DNA of 32,000 nt from Propionibacterium freudenreichii subsp. freudenreichii (GTDB lineage: Bacteria > Actinomycetota > Actinomycetes > Propionibacteriales > Propionibacteriaceae). The stretch spans positions 1,500,001 to 1,532,000 of the forward strand of contig NZ_CP010341.1 of assembly GCF_000940845.1 (NCBI RefSeq), read 5' to 3'. The notes under the pieces were generated by a model. That model saw nothing but the letters and a program-made list of their open reading frames with translations, ran no database searches and had not been told where the DNA came from. The position numbers and the translations under genes are program-made. Of the stretch, positions 1 through 14,259 are shown in pieces. Every line of letters begins with the position of its first letter. The first letter of the stretch is position 1.

Positions 1-639
1 CTGCGAGCCCAAACGTCGTTCGGTCTCGCGCAGCAGCGCGGGAAAGGGCTTCCCGGCAACCAGGGGTTCCCGGTCGGGGAAACATGCGCGCACGGCGTTG
101 ACCTGCGTGCCGACTCCGGGCTCCAGCCCGAGGTCGGTGGGACGGGTCAGGTCGAGGTTGCAGGCAAACCACTGGGCTCCGGCCGCAATCGCATGGACCC
201 CATCGGTGACGCGGGGCCATGTCATATCCGGGTCATAGCCCTGGATCACCGCAGCCGGCTCGTCCAGGCGGCTGTCCACGAGCGTGAAGCCCACCGAAGA
301 GATCTCATCGGCCAGTGCCTGAGTTCCCAGGCAGAGGACGCGGGCACCCGGTTCGAGGGTTTCCTGCAGCATGCGTGCGGCGGCCTGGGCACTTGTCACC
401 ACATCATCGATCGTGGATCGCACGCCGATGCGATTCAGCTGATCTGCAACGACCTGGGGAGGACGCGCGGCATTGTTGGTGACAAAGCCGACGCGCACTG
501 CATGGGCACGCAGCCCGTCGACGGCCTGTGACGCACCGGGCACCGCATTCGGGCCCAGGTAGATGACGCCGTCAAGGTCGAACAGTGCGGCGTCGTACTG
601 ATCGCACAGGGCTTGCTGGGGACCAACAACCGCCGTCAC
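1..639 (-). CDS. HAD-superfamily hydrolase, subfamily IIA (NagD-like sugar-phosphate phosphatase); first 213 codons only, C-terminus lies beyond the window edge
   Basis: Absent from the ORF track because it runs off the edge. Hand translation from GTG at 639 gives VTAVVGPQQALCDQYDAALFDLDGVIYLGPNAVPGASQAVDGLRAHAVRVGFVTNNAARPP...GKPFPALLRETERRLGSQ. The DLDGV nucleophile motif plus VTNN and GKP motifs fit HAD-IIA. The GTG overlaps the TGA of the upstream gene (GTGA at 636-639). Confidence 0.8.
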   Translation of the reverse strand, partial: MTAVVGPQQALCDQYDAALFDLDGVIYLGPNAVPGASQAVDGLRAHAVRVGFVTNNAARPPQVVADQLNRIGVRSTIDDVVTSAQAAARMLQETLEPGARVLCLGTQALADEISSVGFTLVDSRLDEPAAVIQGYDPDMTWPRVTDGVHAIAAGAQWFACNLDLTRPTDLGLEPGVGTQVNAVRACFPDREPLVAGKPFPALLRETERRLGSQ

Positions 640-2753
640 GAATGGACCTCTCCCTCGCCATCGGGGCCGGCGGGTGGCTGGTCCTCCGCCACACCTGCGT
701 CCGGCTCCGGGGTGTCGCCAAGAGGCAGAGCGGGTTGTTCGAGGTTCCCCTCCACGCTGGCCGGCTTGTGATCCTCCGAGCTGGCCGGGACGTCGCCCGC
801 TGAAGCCGTCGGCTCATCTGACGCGTCCGCAGTATCGTCCACGCTGGCCGCGGTGTCATTCTCCGAGCTGGCCGGGACGTCGCCCGCAGAGGGCGTCGGT
901 TCATCTGATGCGTTCGCAGTGCCCTCCGCATCCGGCTCCTCGTCAGACGGAACGGTCAGCGTATCGGTGTCCTCGGGGCTGGTCGGGCCCAAGTCGGGCA
1001 CCCCACTTGCTTCCGAGGCTGCGCTTGCTTCCGAGGCTGCACCGTCGGAGTCCTCATCGCCATCGGGTGACAGACCTTCATCGGAATCATCCTGCGACTC
1101 GGTGACTTCCGGTTCGGGGTCGGCCTCCTCTTCCTGGATCAGGAGGTAGTCCTCCTCATCGAAGTCGGGTTCCTTCTCGGGAACGTCCACGCCAAGGTCC
1201 CGCAGACGATCGTCGGCGTCAAGATCCGCTTCGACGTCAAGGGCCTGCGATGCTTCGAACCACCTGACGGCATCCGACTCATTGCCCTCCTGCTGAAGCA
1301 GGTTGGCATAGGCGTACCGGAGCCGGGCCTGGGACTCCTTGGGTCCGAGTCGATCGCTGATCGCCTTGCGAAGGAGCCGCAGCCCCTCGGGCCGCTGCCC
1401 CATGTCGTCGCGCAGACCGGCCTCGACCAGTACCAGCTCGACCTCCTGCACCACGTCCAGGTCGGCGTTGTGTGCCTCGCGAATGGTGCGTAGCGCCTGA
1501 TCGTGCTTACCCAGCGCACGCTCACTATCAGCGATCACGGGAAGGTAGTTGGGATTGCCGGTCATCCGGGAAACAGCCCGATACTCAGTCAGGGCCGTCG
1601 CAAAGTCGCCATTCGCGTAGGCGGCCTCAGCGGCCGCCTCGCGCACGATCGGTAGCCGGGCAGCCCTGCGTCGCGCCGCCATCGCATGCGCCTGCGCCAG
1701 GGCGGGATCCTCGTCCAGCAGCTCCCCGGCGGCCATCAGATGTGCCATGACGACAGTCGCCAGGTCCTTGGGAAGTGCCCGCAGCTCGGCCCGAACGGGT
1801 CCAGGAATCGATCGGATGTCAATCAGTGACGTGTCGACGCCGGGCTCGTCGGCAGGCTTCTCCAGCCCGGGTGCAACATAACGCTCTTCCCGATCATCGC
1901 GACCGCGTCCGGGGCGGCCGTCCGAACGACCACGGGCCGTGAAACTACCGCCACCCCTGCGCTCACCAGGGCGTCCACCCTGCCCGCCACGACGCTCGCT
2001 GCCTCCGAAGGAGCGGCCTCGGCCCGATCCCCTCGAGTCGCGGTCACGACGATCCGAACCACGCGTATCGCCACGCCACGACCCCTGGCCGGCGCGCTCA
2101 CCCTGGCCCTCCCGATCGCGATCCTCGCGCCGGTAGTTGCCGGGACCACTATCGTGACGCGACCCGAACGAACCACGTCCACGTGCGTCACCGCGATCAT
2201 CGCGGTCGCGGAAGCCAGCACGGCGACCATCCGAGCGCGACGACGAACCCCGTCCGCCATCGCGTGCAGAACCGTCGCGCTCGCCCCGGTTCCGGTCACC
2301 CCAGGTCGAACCGCCGCGGCGGTCATGGTCGCGCCGTCCTGAGCTACGGCGATCGTCCGACCATCGGCGCGGGCGATCCGCGTCACGAGGAGCATCCCCG
2401 CGCTCGGAACGGCCCCGATAGTCATCTCGCCCACGACCGGACGATCCAGCGCCGCGGGGGGCACGGTCATCCCGGCCGCGCTCATCACGCCGCCAGCCGG
2501 AACGGCCATCTTCACGTGGACGCTGATCATCGTCGCGGCGATTGCCACGACGTTCGCGATCATTGAAGTTACGCGATTCCCTGCCCCGGTCGTCATTGTC
2601 CGAAGAACGACGTCCGCCGCGATCGCGCGGACGTCCGGAATCATTGGAACGTGAGCCCCCCAAGGGGCGATAAGGACGGCGTCGGCCTCGACCCTGGCCA
2701 GAGCCCGGATCCTCCCGATCGTGCGAGCGCGACTCGTTATCTGAGTTGGCCAT
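636..2753 (-). CDS. Tripartite protein: Arg/Asp/Gly/Ser-rich disordered N-terminus (about 297 aa), TPR-like helical core, polyacidic disordered C-terminus (about 190 aa)
   Basis: Longest minus-strand ORF here (705 codons). The ATG at 2753 is preceded by AGGACGGA and an AT-rich stretch. There is a strong 3-nt periodicity (CGN/GAY/GGN). The core has A/L-rich repeats resembling TPR (AAYANGDFATALTEYRAV; ARLRYAYANLLQQEGNESDAVRWFEASQAL). The stop overlaps the HAD gene start. The start codon is uncertain because a second minus frame is also open over the N-terminal part. Confidence 0.7.
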   Translation of the reverse strand: MANSDNESRSHDREDPGSGQGRGRRRPYRPLGGSRSNDSGRPRDRGGRRSSDNDDRGRESRNFNDRERRGNRRDDDQRPREDGRSGWRRDERGRDDRAPRGAGSSGRGRDDYRGRSERGDAPRDADRPRRWSDDRRSSGRRDHDRRGGSTWGDRNRGERDGSARDGGRGSSSRSDGRRAGFRDRDDRGDARGRGSFGSRHDSGPGNYRREDRDREGQGERAGQGSWRGDTRGSDRRDRDSRGSGRGRSFGGSERRGGQGGRPGERRGGGSFTARGRSDGRPGRGRDDREERYVAPGLEKPADEPGVDTSLIDIRSIPGPVRAELRALPKDLATVVMAHLMAAGELLDEDPALAQAHAMAARRRAARLPIVREAAAEAAYANGDFATALTEYRAVSRMTGNPNYLPVIADSERALGKHDQALRTIREAHNADLDVVQEVELVLVEAGLRDDMGQRPEGLRLLRKAISDRLGPKESQARLRYAYANLLQQEGNESDAVRWFEASQALDVEADLDADDRLRDLGVDVPEKEPDFDEEDYLLIQEEEADPEPEVTESQDDSDEGLSPDGDEDSDGAASEASAASEASGVPDLGPTSPEDTDTLTVPSDEEPDAEGTANASDEPTPSAGDVPASSENDTAASVDDTADASDEPTASAGDVPASSEDHKPASVEGNLEQPALPLGDTPEPDAGVAEDQPPAGPDGEGEVHS
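751..924 (-). repeat. 2 x 87-bp tandem direct repeat inside the acidic tail of the 705-aa protein (29-aa units containing ASDEPTxSAGDVPASSE)
   Basis: tccacgctggccg...ctccgagctggccgggacgtcgcccgc...tcatctga occurs at 751-837 and again at 838-924 with roughly 80 percent identity by eye. The period of 87 is a multiple of 3. Confidence 0.85.
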
Positions 2754-2798
2754 TCGGTCCGTCCTATATGAAAAAGTGAAACTTGTCCTGAATGTAGT

Positions 2799-2830
2799 AA
2801 CTCCCTCCCACCATCGGGTGGGAGGGAGTT
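2799..2830 (-). terminator. rrn operon terminator hairpin (14-bp perfect stem, 4-nt loop) directly after the 5S 3' end
   Basis: aactccctcccacc atcg ggtgggagggagtt is a perfect inverted repeat. It lies between the 5S rRNA end (about 2833) and the start of the next gene (2753). No clear U-tract follows. Confidence 0.6.
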
Positions 2831-2832
2831 GA

Positions 2833-2953
2833 AAGTCCGGCGGCTTCCTAGTCTCCCACAGGCTCCCGCCTGCAGTACCATCGGCGTAGAAAGGCTTAAC
2901 TTCCGGGTTCGGAATGGGACCGGGTGTTTCCCTCTCGCTATGGCCACCGAAAC
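2833..2953 (-). rRNA. rrf: 5S ribosomal RNA
   Basis: The minus strand reads GTTTCGGTGGCCATAGCGAGAGGGAAACACCCGGTCCCATTCCGAACCCGGAAGTTAAGCC...GGGAGACTAGGAAGCCGCCGGACT, a canonical actinobacterial 5S. Ends are accurate to about +/-5 nt. Confidence 0.92.
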
Positions 2954-3092
2954 AACTATCGGCTTACTACGTGTACAACCCCCCACACCAACCCCAACAG
3001 GGCGGCATGAACAGGAGGTTCCCGACCGTATACCGGGAACGACACAGTGGACGCGAACAAAACTCTTCACAACAATCTACAAGAATTAAAGT

Positions 3093-6222
<3,130 letters not shown>

Positions 6223-6250
6223 ACAAAACTCATAAAAAACTACAAAGATG

Positions 6251-6278
6251 CTCGCGTCCACTGTGAAGTTCTCAACAT
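6251..6278 (-). promoter_or_regulatory. Conserved spacer element upstream of 23S (BoxA-like / processing-stem region)
   Basis: The minus strand reads GTTGAGAACTTCACAGTGGACGCGAGCATC. I recall near-identical TTGAGAACT.CACAGTGGACGCGAGCATC just upstream of 23S in other actinobacterial spacers. No tRNA is present in the 16S-23S spacer (6223-6558). Confidence 0.5.
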
Positions 6279-6554
6279 ACGGGCGGACCCAACCAGCCAC
6301 CCCCCAAACACGGGGAACAACCACCTGGCCACACCGAAAAACCAGCCACAAACATGGCCGATCCCTCAGGACCCAACAACGTGCCTCCCACGACCACCAA
6401 CCAACCCCCACCCGCGTTCCACACCAACACCCCAACAGGGCACCAGCAGTACTAACAAACAGAAACCAGCCGACAATCTACGGTCAATGCTCCACAACCT
6501 CCACCACCAACGCCGCAGGACACAGCCCACGAAACGCACGATGGCGAAAAGGCT

Positions 6555-8081
<1,527 letters not shown>

Positions 8082-8284
8082 AAATATCGGCACAACCACA
8101 ACCCCACCCCAAAAGGACAGGACCACAGCAGAAACCGTCAACAAAAAGTAGAACCTGACCAAGCCCAAAAACTGGACTCAATCAAATAATACAAACTACA
8201 AAGGAATCCAAAACCATCAACAATCCCACCAAAGCAGGACCATCAACGATCACGGAAACAAAATAAAATCATTGACTATAAAAA

Positions 8285-8310
8285 GACACGCTGTTGAGTT
8301 CTCAAGAAAC
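8285..8310 (-). promoter_or_regulatory. rrn leader BoxA-like antitermination element
   Basis: The minus strand reads GTTTCTTGAGAACTCAACAGCGTGTC. This resembles the TTTGAGAACTCAA(C/T)AG(C/T)GTG leader motif I recall from mycobacterial and streptomycete rrn leaders. A related copy sits in the spacer (6251-6278). Confidence 0.55.
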
Positions 8311-8489
8311 GGACACACACGAACCAACACCCAAAAACTTCCTTCAGGCACCAACTCGAGGTGACTCGACCTCTTCGGATTTTTCACATCATGCCCTTGT
8401 TTCCAAGAGCTGTCATTGACATTCAGAACTCTAGCGTGAGTTCCTGATGCTTCTTGACTTGTTGCGATCCGCCCGAAGCGGCTCTATCA

Positions 8490-8518
8490 ATTTTAGACCT
8501 TCTTGGCGTCTCCGTCAA
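8490..8518 (-). promoter_or_regulatory. Candidate rrn promoter: TTGACG - 17 nt - TAAAAT
   Basis: The minus strand reads CTTGACGGAGACGCCAAGAAGGTCTAAAATTGATAG. The -35 is at 8518..8513, the -10 at 8495..8490, and the spacer is exactly 17 nt. It lies about 400 nt upstream of mature 16S. Confidence 0.55.
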
Positions 8519-8673
8519 GTCCAGTCCTCATCCTTGTTTCTGTTCCTTCCGAGTGCCTCAGTGAGGCCCTCAACCAGAACAGCTCTTCCGGATGGCTTCC
8601 ACCCCCGCTGGCTCCGCAGATCGTGTCCTTCGGACTCTTTCGCGGTGCTTCCCGGTGGAGGAGGCAGAAAGGA

Positions 8674-8702
8674 ACTCTACACGGAAGCTACCGAGCATGC
8701 AA
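8674..8702 (-). promoter_or_regulatory. Candidate upstream rrn promoter: TTGCAT - 17 nt - TAGAGT
   Basis: The minus strand reads TTGCATGCTCGGTAGCTTCCGTGTAGAGT, immediately after the tyrS terminator. The -10 fits the actinobacterial TANNNT pattern. A third TAGAGT sits at 8433..8428 without a convincing -35. Confidence 0.35.
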
Positions 8703-8744
8703 ATGGGCGGTCCCCCCGGCGTCAGATCCGGGTGGACCGCCCAT
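8703..8744 (-). terminator. tyrS intrinsic terminator
   Basis: atgggcggtccccccgg cgtcagat ccgggtggaccgcccat forms a 17-bp stem with one mismatch. It lies 16 nt after the tyrS stop and is followed on the minus strand by TTTGCA. Confidence 0.65.
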
Positions 8745-8759
8745 GGGCATTGGGGCGTG

Positions 8760-10028
8760 TCACCGCGTCAGGATCACGCCTCCGACCGTCTTCTTGCCCC
8801 GTCGCAGCACCGCATAACGACCCGCGAGCAACTGGTCCGCGCTCAACCTTGCATCAGGGTCGGTCACCTTCGCGTTGTTGACGTAGGCGCCGCCTTCCTG
8901 GATCGTCCTGCGCGCAGCCGACTTTGAGGCGACCACACCGCTGGCCGCCAGTGCATCCACGACCGTCGGCAGCTCGCCGTCCCGGGTGGAGACCTCGGTT
9001 GCCTTGACCTCCCCCATGACGGCGGAGATCGTCGCGTCATCCAGTGCCGCCAGCTCTCCCCTGCCGAACAAGGCCCGCGCCGCCTCATCTGCTGCCTTGC
9101 GGGCCTCGACCCCGTGCACGAGGTCCGTCACGTCGTCGGCCAGCGCCCGCTGGGCAAGCCGCTTGTACGGAGCCTGTTCGGTCTGTTCCGCCAACTCGGC
9201 CAGTTCATCGTGACTGCGGAAGCTGAAGATCTTGAGGTAGTCCATGACCTTGGCGTCCTCGGCGTTCAACCAGAACTGGTGGAAGGCATAGGGCGATGTG
9301 AGCTCGGGATCCAGCCACACGGTGCCACCCTCCGTCTTGCCGAACTTCGTGCCATCTGCCTTGGTCAGCAAGGGGGTCACGAGCCCGTGGACGATGTCGC
9401 CGGTCGTGCGCCGGATGTAGTCGGCCCCTGCGGTGATGTTGCCCCATTGGTCCTGGGCACCGGTTTGCAGTGTGCATCCGTAGAGGCGATGGAGTTCTGC
9501 GTAGTCGAACGACTGCAACAGCACATAGCTGAACTCGGTGTAACTGATGCCGTCCTCAAGGCGTCGTGCCACGACGTCGCGGGCCAGCATGCGGTTCACA
9601 CTGAAGTGCTTGCCGATGTCCCTGAGGAAGTCCAGGGCCGACAGCGGACCGGTCCAGTCCAGGTTGTTGACGATCCTTGAACCGTTCTCACCCTCGAAGC
9701 TCACGTACTTCTTGGTCTGTTCGGCCAGGCTCGCCACCCAGGCGGAAACGGTCTCCTTGGTATTCATGACCCGTTCGCCGGTCATCTTCGGGTCCCCGAT
9801 CAGGCCCGTGCTGCCCCCGATGAGCAGTAGGGGGCGATGTCCGGCCTGTTGGAGGCGTCGGGCAAGGATGAGCTGCATCAGGTGGCCGATGTGGAGGCTG
9901 CGGGCAGTAGGGTCAAAGCCCACATAACTCGTGACCATGCCGGCGTCCAGATGGGCGGCCAGGGCATCCCGGTCGGTCGAGTTGGCGACGAATCCTCGCC
10001 AGGTCAGGTCATCGAGTAGCGCATTCAC
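8760..10028 (-). CDS. tyrS: Tyrosine--tRNA ligase
   Basis: 422 aa. Class I HIGH motif (SLHIGHLM) and KMSKS-type KFGKT are present, with a C-terminal S4-like domain. The N-terminus MNALLDDLTWRGFVANSTD matches the TyrS family. The start is GTG. Confidence 0.95.
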   Translation of the reverse strand: MNALLDDLTWRGFVANSTDRDALAAHLDAGMVTSYVGFDPTARSLHIGHLMQLILARRLQQAGHRPLLLIGGSTGLIGDPKMTGERVMNTKETVSAWVASLAEQTKKYVSFEGENGSRIVNNLDWTGPLSALDFLRDIGKHFSVNRMLARDVVARRLEDGISYTEFSYVLLQSFDYAELHRLYGCTLQTGAQDQWGNITAGADYIRRTTGDIVHGLVTPLLTKADGTKFGKTEGGTVWLDPELTSPYAFHQFWLNAEDAKVMDYLKIFSFRSHDELAELAEQTEQAPYKRLAQRALADDVTDLVHGVEARKAADEAARALFGRGELAALDDATISAVMGEVKATEVSTRDGELPTVVDALAASGVVASKSAARRTIQEGGAYVNNAKVTDPDARLSADQLLAGRYAVLRRGKKTVGGVILTR

Positions 10029-10034
10029 CCGGCC

Positions 10035-10040
10035 ACTCTA
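10035..10040 (-). promoter_or_regulatory. -10 box TAGAGT 6 nt upstream of the tyrS GTG (candidate leaderless mRNA)
   Basis: The minus strand reads GATAGAGTGGCCGGGTGAATG. No SD lies upstream of the GTG. The expected TSS, about 7 nt after the -10, coincides with the G of GTG. Confidence 0.35.
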
Positions 10041-10109
10041 TCGACCTTCACCGTGGAGCGCCCGGGTGCACTTCACGCCCCGAACAACGACCCCGGGGAG
10101 CCGACGAAA

Positions 10110-10142
10110 GTCCCTGCAGACGGGGAATTGCCCTGCAGGGAC
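10110..10142 (-). terminator. arg operon terminator
   Basis: gtccctgcag...ctgcagggac forms a 10-bp perfect outer stem. It lies 13 nt after the argH stop and is followed on the minus strand by TTTCGT. Confidence 0.6.
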
Positions 10143-10155
10143 CGGGACATCTCCC

Positions 10156-11580
<1,425 letters not shown>

Positions 11581-12135
11581 TCAGTCTCTCCGTTCAGCTT
11601 CATTGCCATCGCCGTCGGCGGGGCGTCCGGTCCGCGCCATCGAGACGAAGTACTCGGCCATCTGTGCCCCGCCGTCGCCGCTGCGGGAAATGACCATCAC
11701 CGTATCGTCCCCGGCGATGGTCCCGGCCACGGAATCAAGGGCCACCCGATCGATTGCCGAGGCAAAGTACTGTGCCGCTCCGGGCGGGGTCTTCAGGACC
11801 GCCAGGTTCGCCGACGCATCGGCGCTGACCAGCACCTCGGCGCAGATGCGCGCGAGGCGCTGCTCGTGCATCGCGTGGTCGGAGGCGATCTCGCTGCCGG
11901 GAGGGGCGTAGACCAGCAGGCCGGACCCCGAACGGACCCGGACCGCCCCGATATCGAGCAGGTCCTTGCTCAGGGTTCCCTGGCTCACGGAGATGTCGTC
12001 GTCGGCGAGCATGTCGGCCAGTTCCGCCTGTGAACCGATCTCATGGGAACGGATCAGCTCCAGGATGCGGCCCTGCCGCGCCACGCGATTGGACCGGCTG
12101 CGCTCTGAGCTCGTGCTGCGCTGCGACACGGTCAT
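11581..12135 (-). CDS. argR: Arginine repressor
   Basis: 184 aa. It has a winged-helix N-domain ([24 protein letters not shown]...[16 protein letters not shown]) and a C-terminal oligomerisation domain ([12 protein letters not shown]). The ATG overlaps the argD stop (ATGA). Confidence 0.9.
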   Translation of the reverse strand: MTVSQRSTSSERSRSNRVARQGRILELIRSHEIGSQAELADMLADDDISVSQGTLSKDLLDIGAVRVRSGSGLLVYAPPGSEIASDHAMHEQRLARICAEVLVSADASANLAVLKTPPGAAQYFASAIDRVALDSVAGTIAGDDTVMVISRSGDGGAQMAEYFVSMARTGRPADGDGNEAERRD

Positions 12136-13355
12136 CGGTTCTCCGCGGCGTCCAGCAAACTGGGCAACACGTCGACGAATTCATCGATCTGCTCGGCCGT
12201 CACGATCAATGGGGGCGCGATGCGCAATACCGAGGGCCTCGGCGAATTGATGATCCAGCCGGCCTCCAGGGCGGCCGCAGCAGCCTCGGCCCCGAGCGGC
12301 TTCGTCAGGACAATGCCGCGCAACAGGCCCCGTCCCCGCACCGTGGCAATGCGCGGATCATCCAGCGACATCACCTTGTCGGCGAGCCGCAGGCCCATCT
12401 GCTTCACGTGGTCGAGCAGGTCGTGCGACTTGATGTAGCTGATCACGGCAAGGCCGGCCGCGCACGCCACCGGGTTGCCACCGAACGTCGTGCCGTGTTC
12501 ACCGGGGCCGAACAGATCGGCCGCGGGGCCGAGGGCGATGCATGCCCCCATGGGAAATCCATTGCCCAGGCCCTTGGCCACTGAGATGAGATCGGGCACC
12601 ACATCGAGTCGCTGGTGGGCGAACCATTCGCCGCACCGACCCATGCCCGTCTGCACTTCATCGATCCACATCAGGGCGCCGTGCTCGGCAGTGATCCTTC
12701 GGACTGCCGGCAGGAAGTCGTCGGGCGGTTCGATGACGCCGTTCTCGCCCTGGATCGGCTCGGTCACGACGGCCGCAACGGTGTCGTCGACGACCTTCTC
12801 CAACGCTGCCACATCGCCATAGGGCGTCCAGATGATCTCGCCGGGAAGGGGCTCGAAGGGCTTGCGGTAGTGCTCGTTGTAGGTGATGGCCAACGAACCC
12901 ATCGAGCGACCGTGGAATGAGCCGATCATCGCGACGATCTTCTTGCGTCCGGTCATGCGGGTGGCCTTGAAGGCCGCCTCATTGGCCTCAGTGCCCGAGT
13001 TGGCGAAGAAGACCCTGGCGGGGGTGCCCGGGGCGGACTCACGAGAGGCGAGTGCCACGAGTTCCTCACCGAGCCGAATCTGGGTGGGCGAGGCAAAGAT
13101 GTTCGAGATGTGCCCGAGGGTGTTCATCTGCTCCGCCACGGCGCGATTGACCTCCGGGTTGGCGTGGCCCAGCGCATTCACGGCGATTCCGGCCAGGAAA
13201 TCCGTATATCGCTTGCCGTCGGCGTCCCACACCACCGCGCCTTCACCGCGCACCAGCACTCGCTTCGGGTGTCCGAAGGTGTTCATGATGGTGCGGTCGT
13301 ACCGAGCGCCCCATTCCTGCTGGTTCAGTCCGGACGCTGCGTCCCCGTTACTCAC
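12132..13355 (-). CDS. argD: Acetylornithine aminotransferase
   Basis: Class III aminotransferase in the argB-argR context. I shortened the ORF-track start to the GTG at 13355, which is preceded by GAGGAGGGAAACAACG (strong SD) and overlaps the argB end by 8 nt. Confidence 0.9.
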   Translation of the reverse strand: MSNGDAASGLNQQEWGARYDRTIMNTFGHPKRVLVRGEGAVVWDADGKRYTDFLAGIAVNALGHANPEVNRAVAEQMNTLGHISNIFASPTQIRLGEELVALASRESAPGTPARVFFANSGTEANEAAFKATRMTGRKKIVAMIGSFHGRSMGSLAITYNEHYRKPFEPLPGEIIWTPYGDVAALEKVVDDTVAAVVTEPIQGENGVIEPPDDFLPAVRRITAEHGALMWIDEVQTGMGRCGEWFAHQRLDVVPDLISVAKGLGNGFPMGACIALGPAADLFGPGEHGTTFGGNPVACAAGLAVISYIKSHDLLDHVKQMGLRLADKVMSLDDPRIATVRGRGLLRGIVLTKPLGAEAAAAALEAGWIINSPRPSVLRIAPPLIVTAEQIDEFVDVLPSLLDAAENR

Positions 13356-14259
13356 CGTTGTTTCCCTCCTCGGCGCGAACCATCGTGCCGATTCCCTCAT
13401 TCGTAAAGATCTCCAGGAGCAGGGAGTGCTGCACGCGCCCGTCGATGACCGTTGCGCGACTGACTCCGCCGCGCACCGCCCGCAGGCAGGCCTCCATCTT
13501 CGGTTTCATGCCCGACTCCAGTTGCGGCAACAGGCGCTCCAGCTCCCCCGGGCTGATCTGGGTGATCACGTCTTCGGAGTTGGGCCAGTCTGCGTACAGG
13601 CCGGCCACATCCGTCAGCATCACGAGGCGCTCCGCCCCCAGTGCCACGGCAAGTGCCGCGGCGGCAGTGTCCGCGTTCACGTTGAAGACCTGCTCATGGT
13701 CCCCCGGCGCCACCGTGGCGACCACGGGGATCCTTCCGGCGTCGATCAGATCGCGCACCGACTCCGGGCGGACCTCGGTGACCTCCCCGACCTGCCCGAG
13801 CTGCTCGGGCTTGCCATTGATCATCACCGTCTTCGGGCGCGCAGTGAACAGCCGGGCGTCCTCCCCCGACAGCCCCACCGCGAAGGGTCCGTGCTCATTG
13901 ATCAGATTGACCAGCTCGCGGCCCACCTGCCCGACGAGCACCATCCGCACCACGTCCATTGCCTCCGGTGAGGTGACGCGCAGCCCACTGCGGAACTCGG
14001 TCTTGATATCGAGGCGCTTGAGCATCCGACTGATCTGGGGTCCACCTCCGTGGACGACCACGGGCCGCACCCCACAGCGACGCAGGAACACGATGTCCTG
14101 GGCAAAGGCATGCTTCAACTCGTCATCGATCATGGCGTTGCCGCCGTACTTGATGACGATGATCTTCCCCGCATACTGCTCCAGCCACGGCAGGGCCTCG
14201 ATCAGGGTGCCGGCCTTCGCAATCGCGGCGTCATGGTCCAGGCTGCGCGTGCGGCTCAC
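13348..14259 (-). CDS. argB: Acetylglutamate kinase
   Basis: Contains [13 protein letters not shown] and [10 protein letters not shown] motifs. The start is taken as the GTG at 14259, overlapping the argJ TGA (GTGA). The longer ORF-track N-terminus lies inside argJ. Confidence 0.92.
   Translation of the reverse strand: MSRTRSLDHDAAIAKAGTLIEALPWLEQYAGKIIVIKYGGNAMIDDELKHAFAQDIVFLRRCGVRPVVVHGGGPQISRMLKRLDIKTEFRSGLRVTSPEAMDVVRMVLVGQVGRELVNLINEHGPFAVGLSGEDARLFTARPKTVMINGKPEQLGQVGEVTEVRPESVRDLIDAGRIPVVATVAPGDHEQVFNVNADTAAAALAVALGAERLVMLTDVAGLYADWPNSEDVITQISPGELERLLPQLESGMKPKMEACLRAVRGGVSRATVIDGRVQHSLLLEIFTNEGIGTMVRAEEGNNGE

Noticed and set aside
1823-3070. 415-aa minus-strand ORF overlapping the R-rich part of the 705-aa gene in another frame
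   Set aside because: It runs through the rrn terminator hairpin and the whole 5S rRNA gene. It is open only because CGN/GAY/GGN-rich DNA lacks stop codons, and it is not contiguous with the TPR-like core.
8275-8305. Promoter look-alike TTGAGA-19 nt-TATAGT in the rrn leader
   Set aside because: The 19-nt spacer is too long, and the TTGAGAACTCAACAG part is better explained as the conserved BoxA-like leader element.
10029-10155. Possible T-box or other riboswitch upstream of tyrS (and of pheS at 21562..21716)
   Set aside because: The tyrS upstream region is only 127 nt and is occupied by the arg terminator and a -10 box. Neither region shows specifier or T-box motifs. The pheS region has small alternative hairpins (CCACGCG/CGCGAT/ATCGCGTGG), but the evidence is insufficient.
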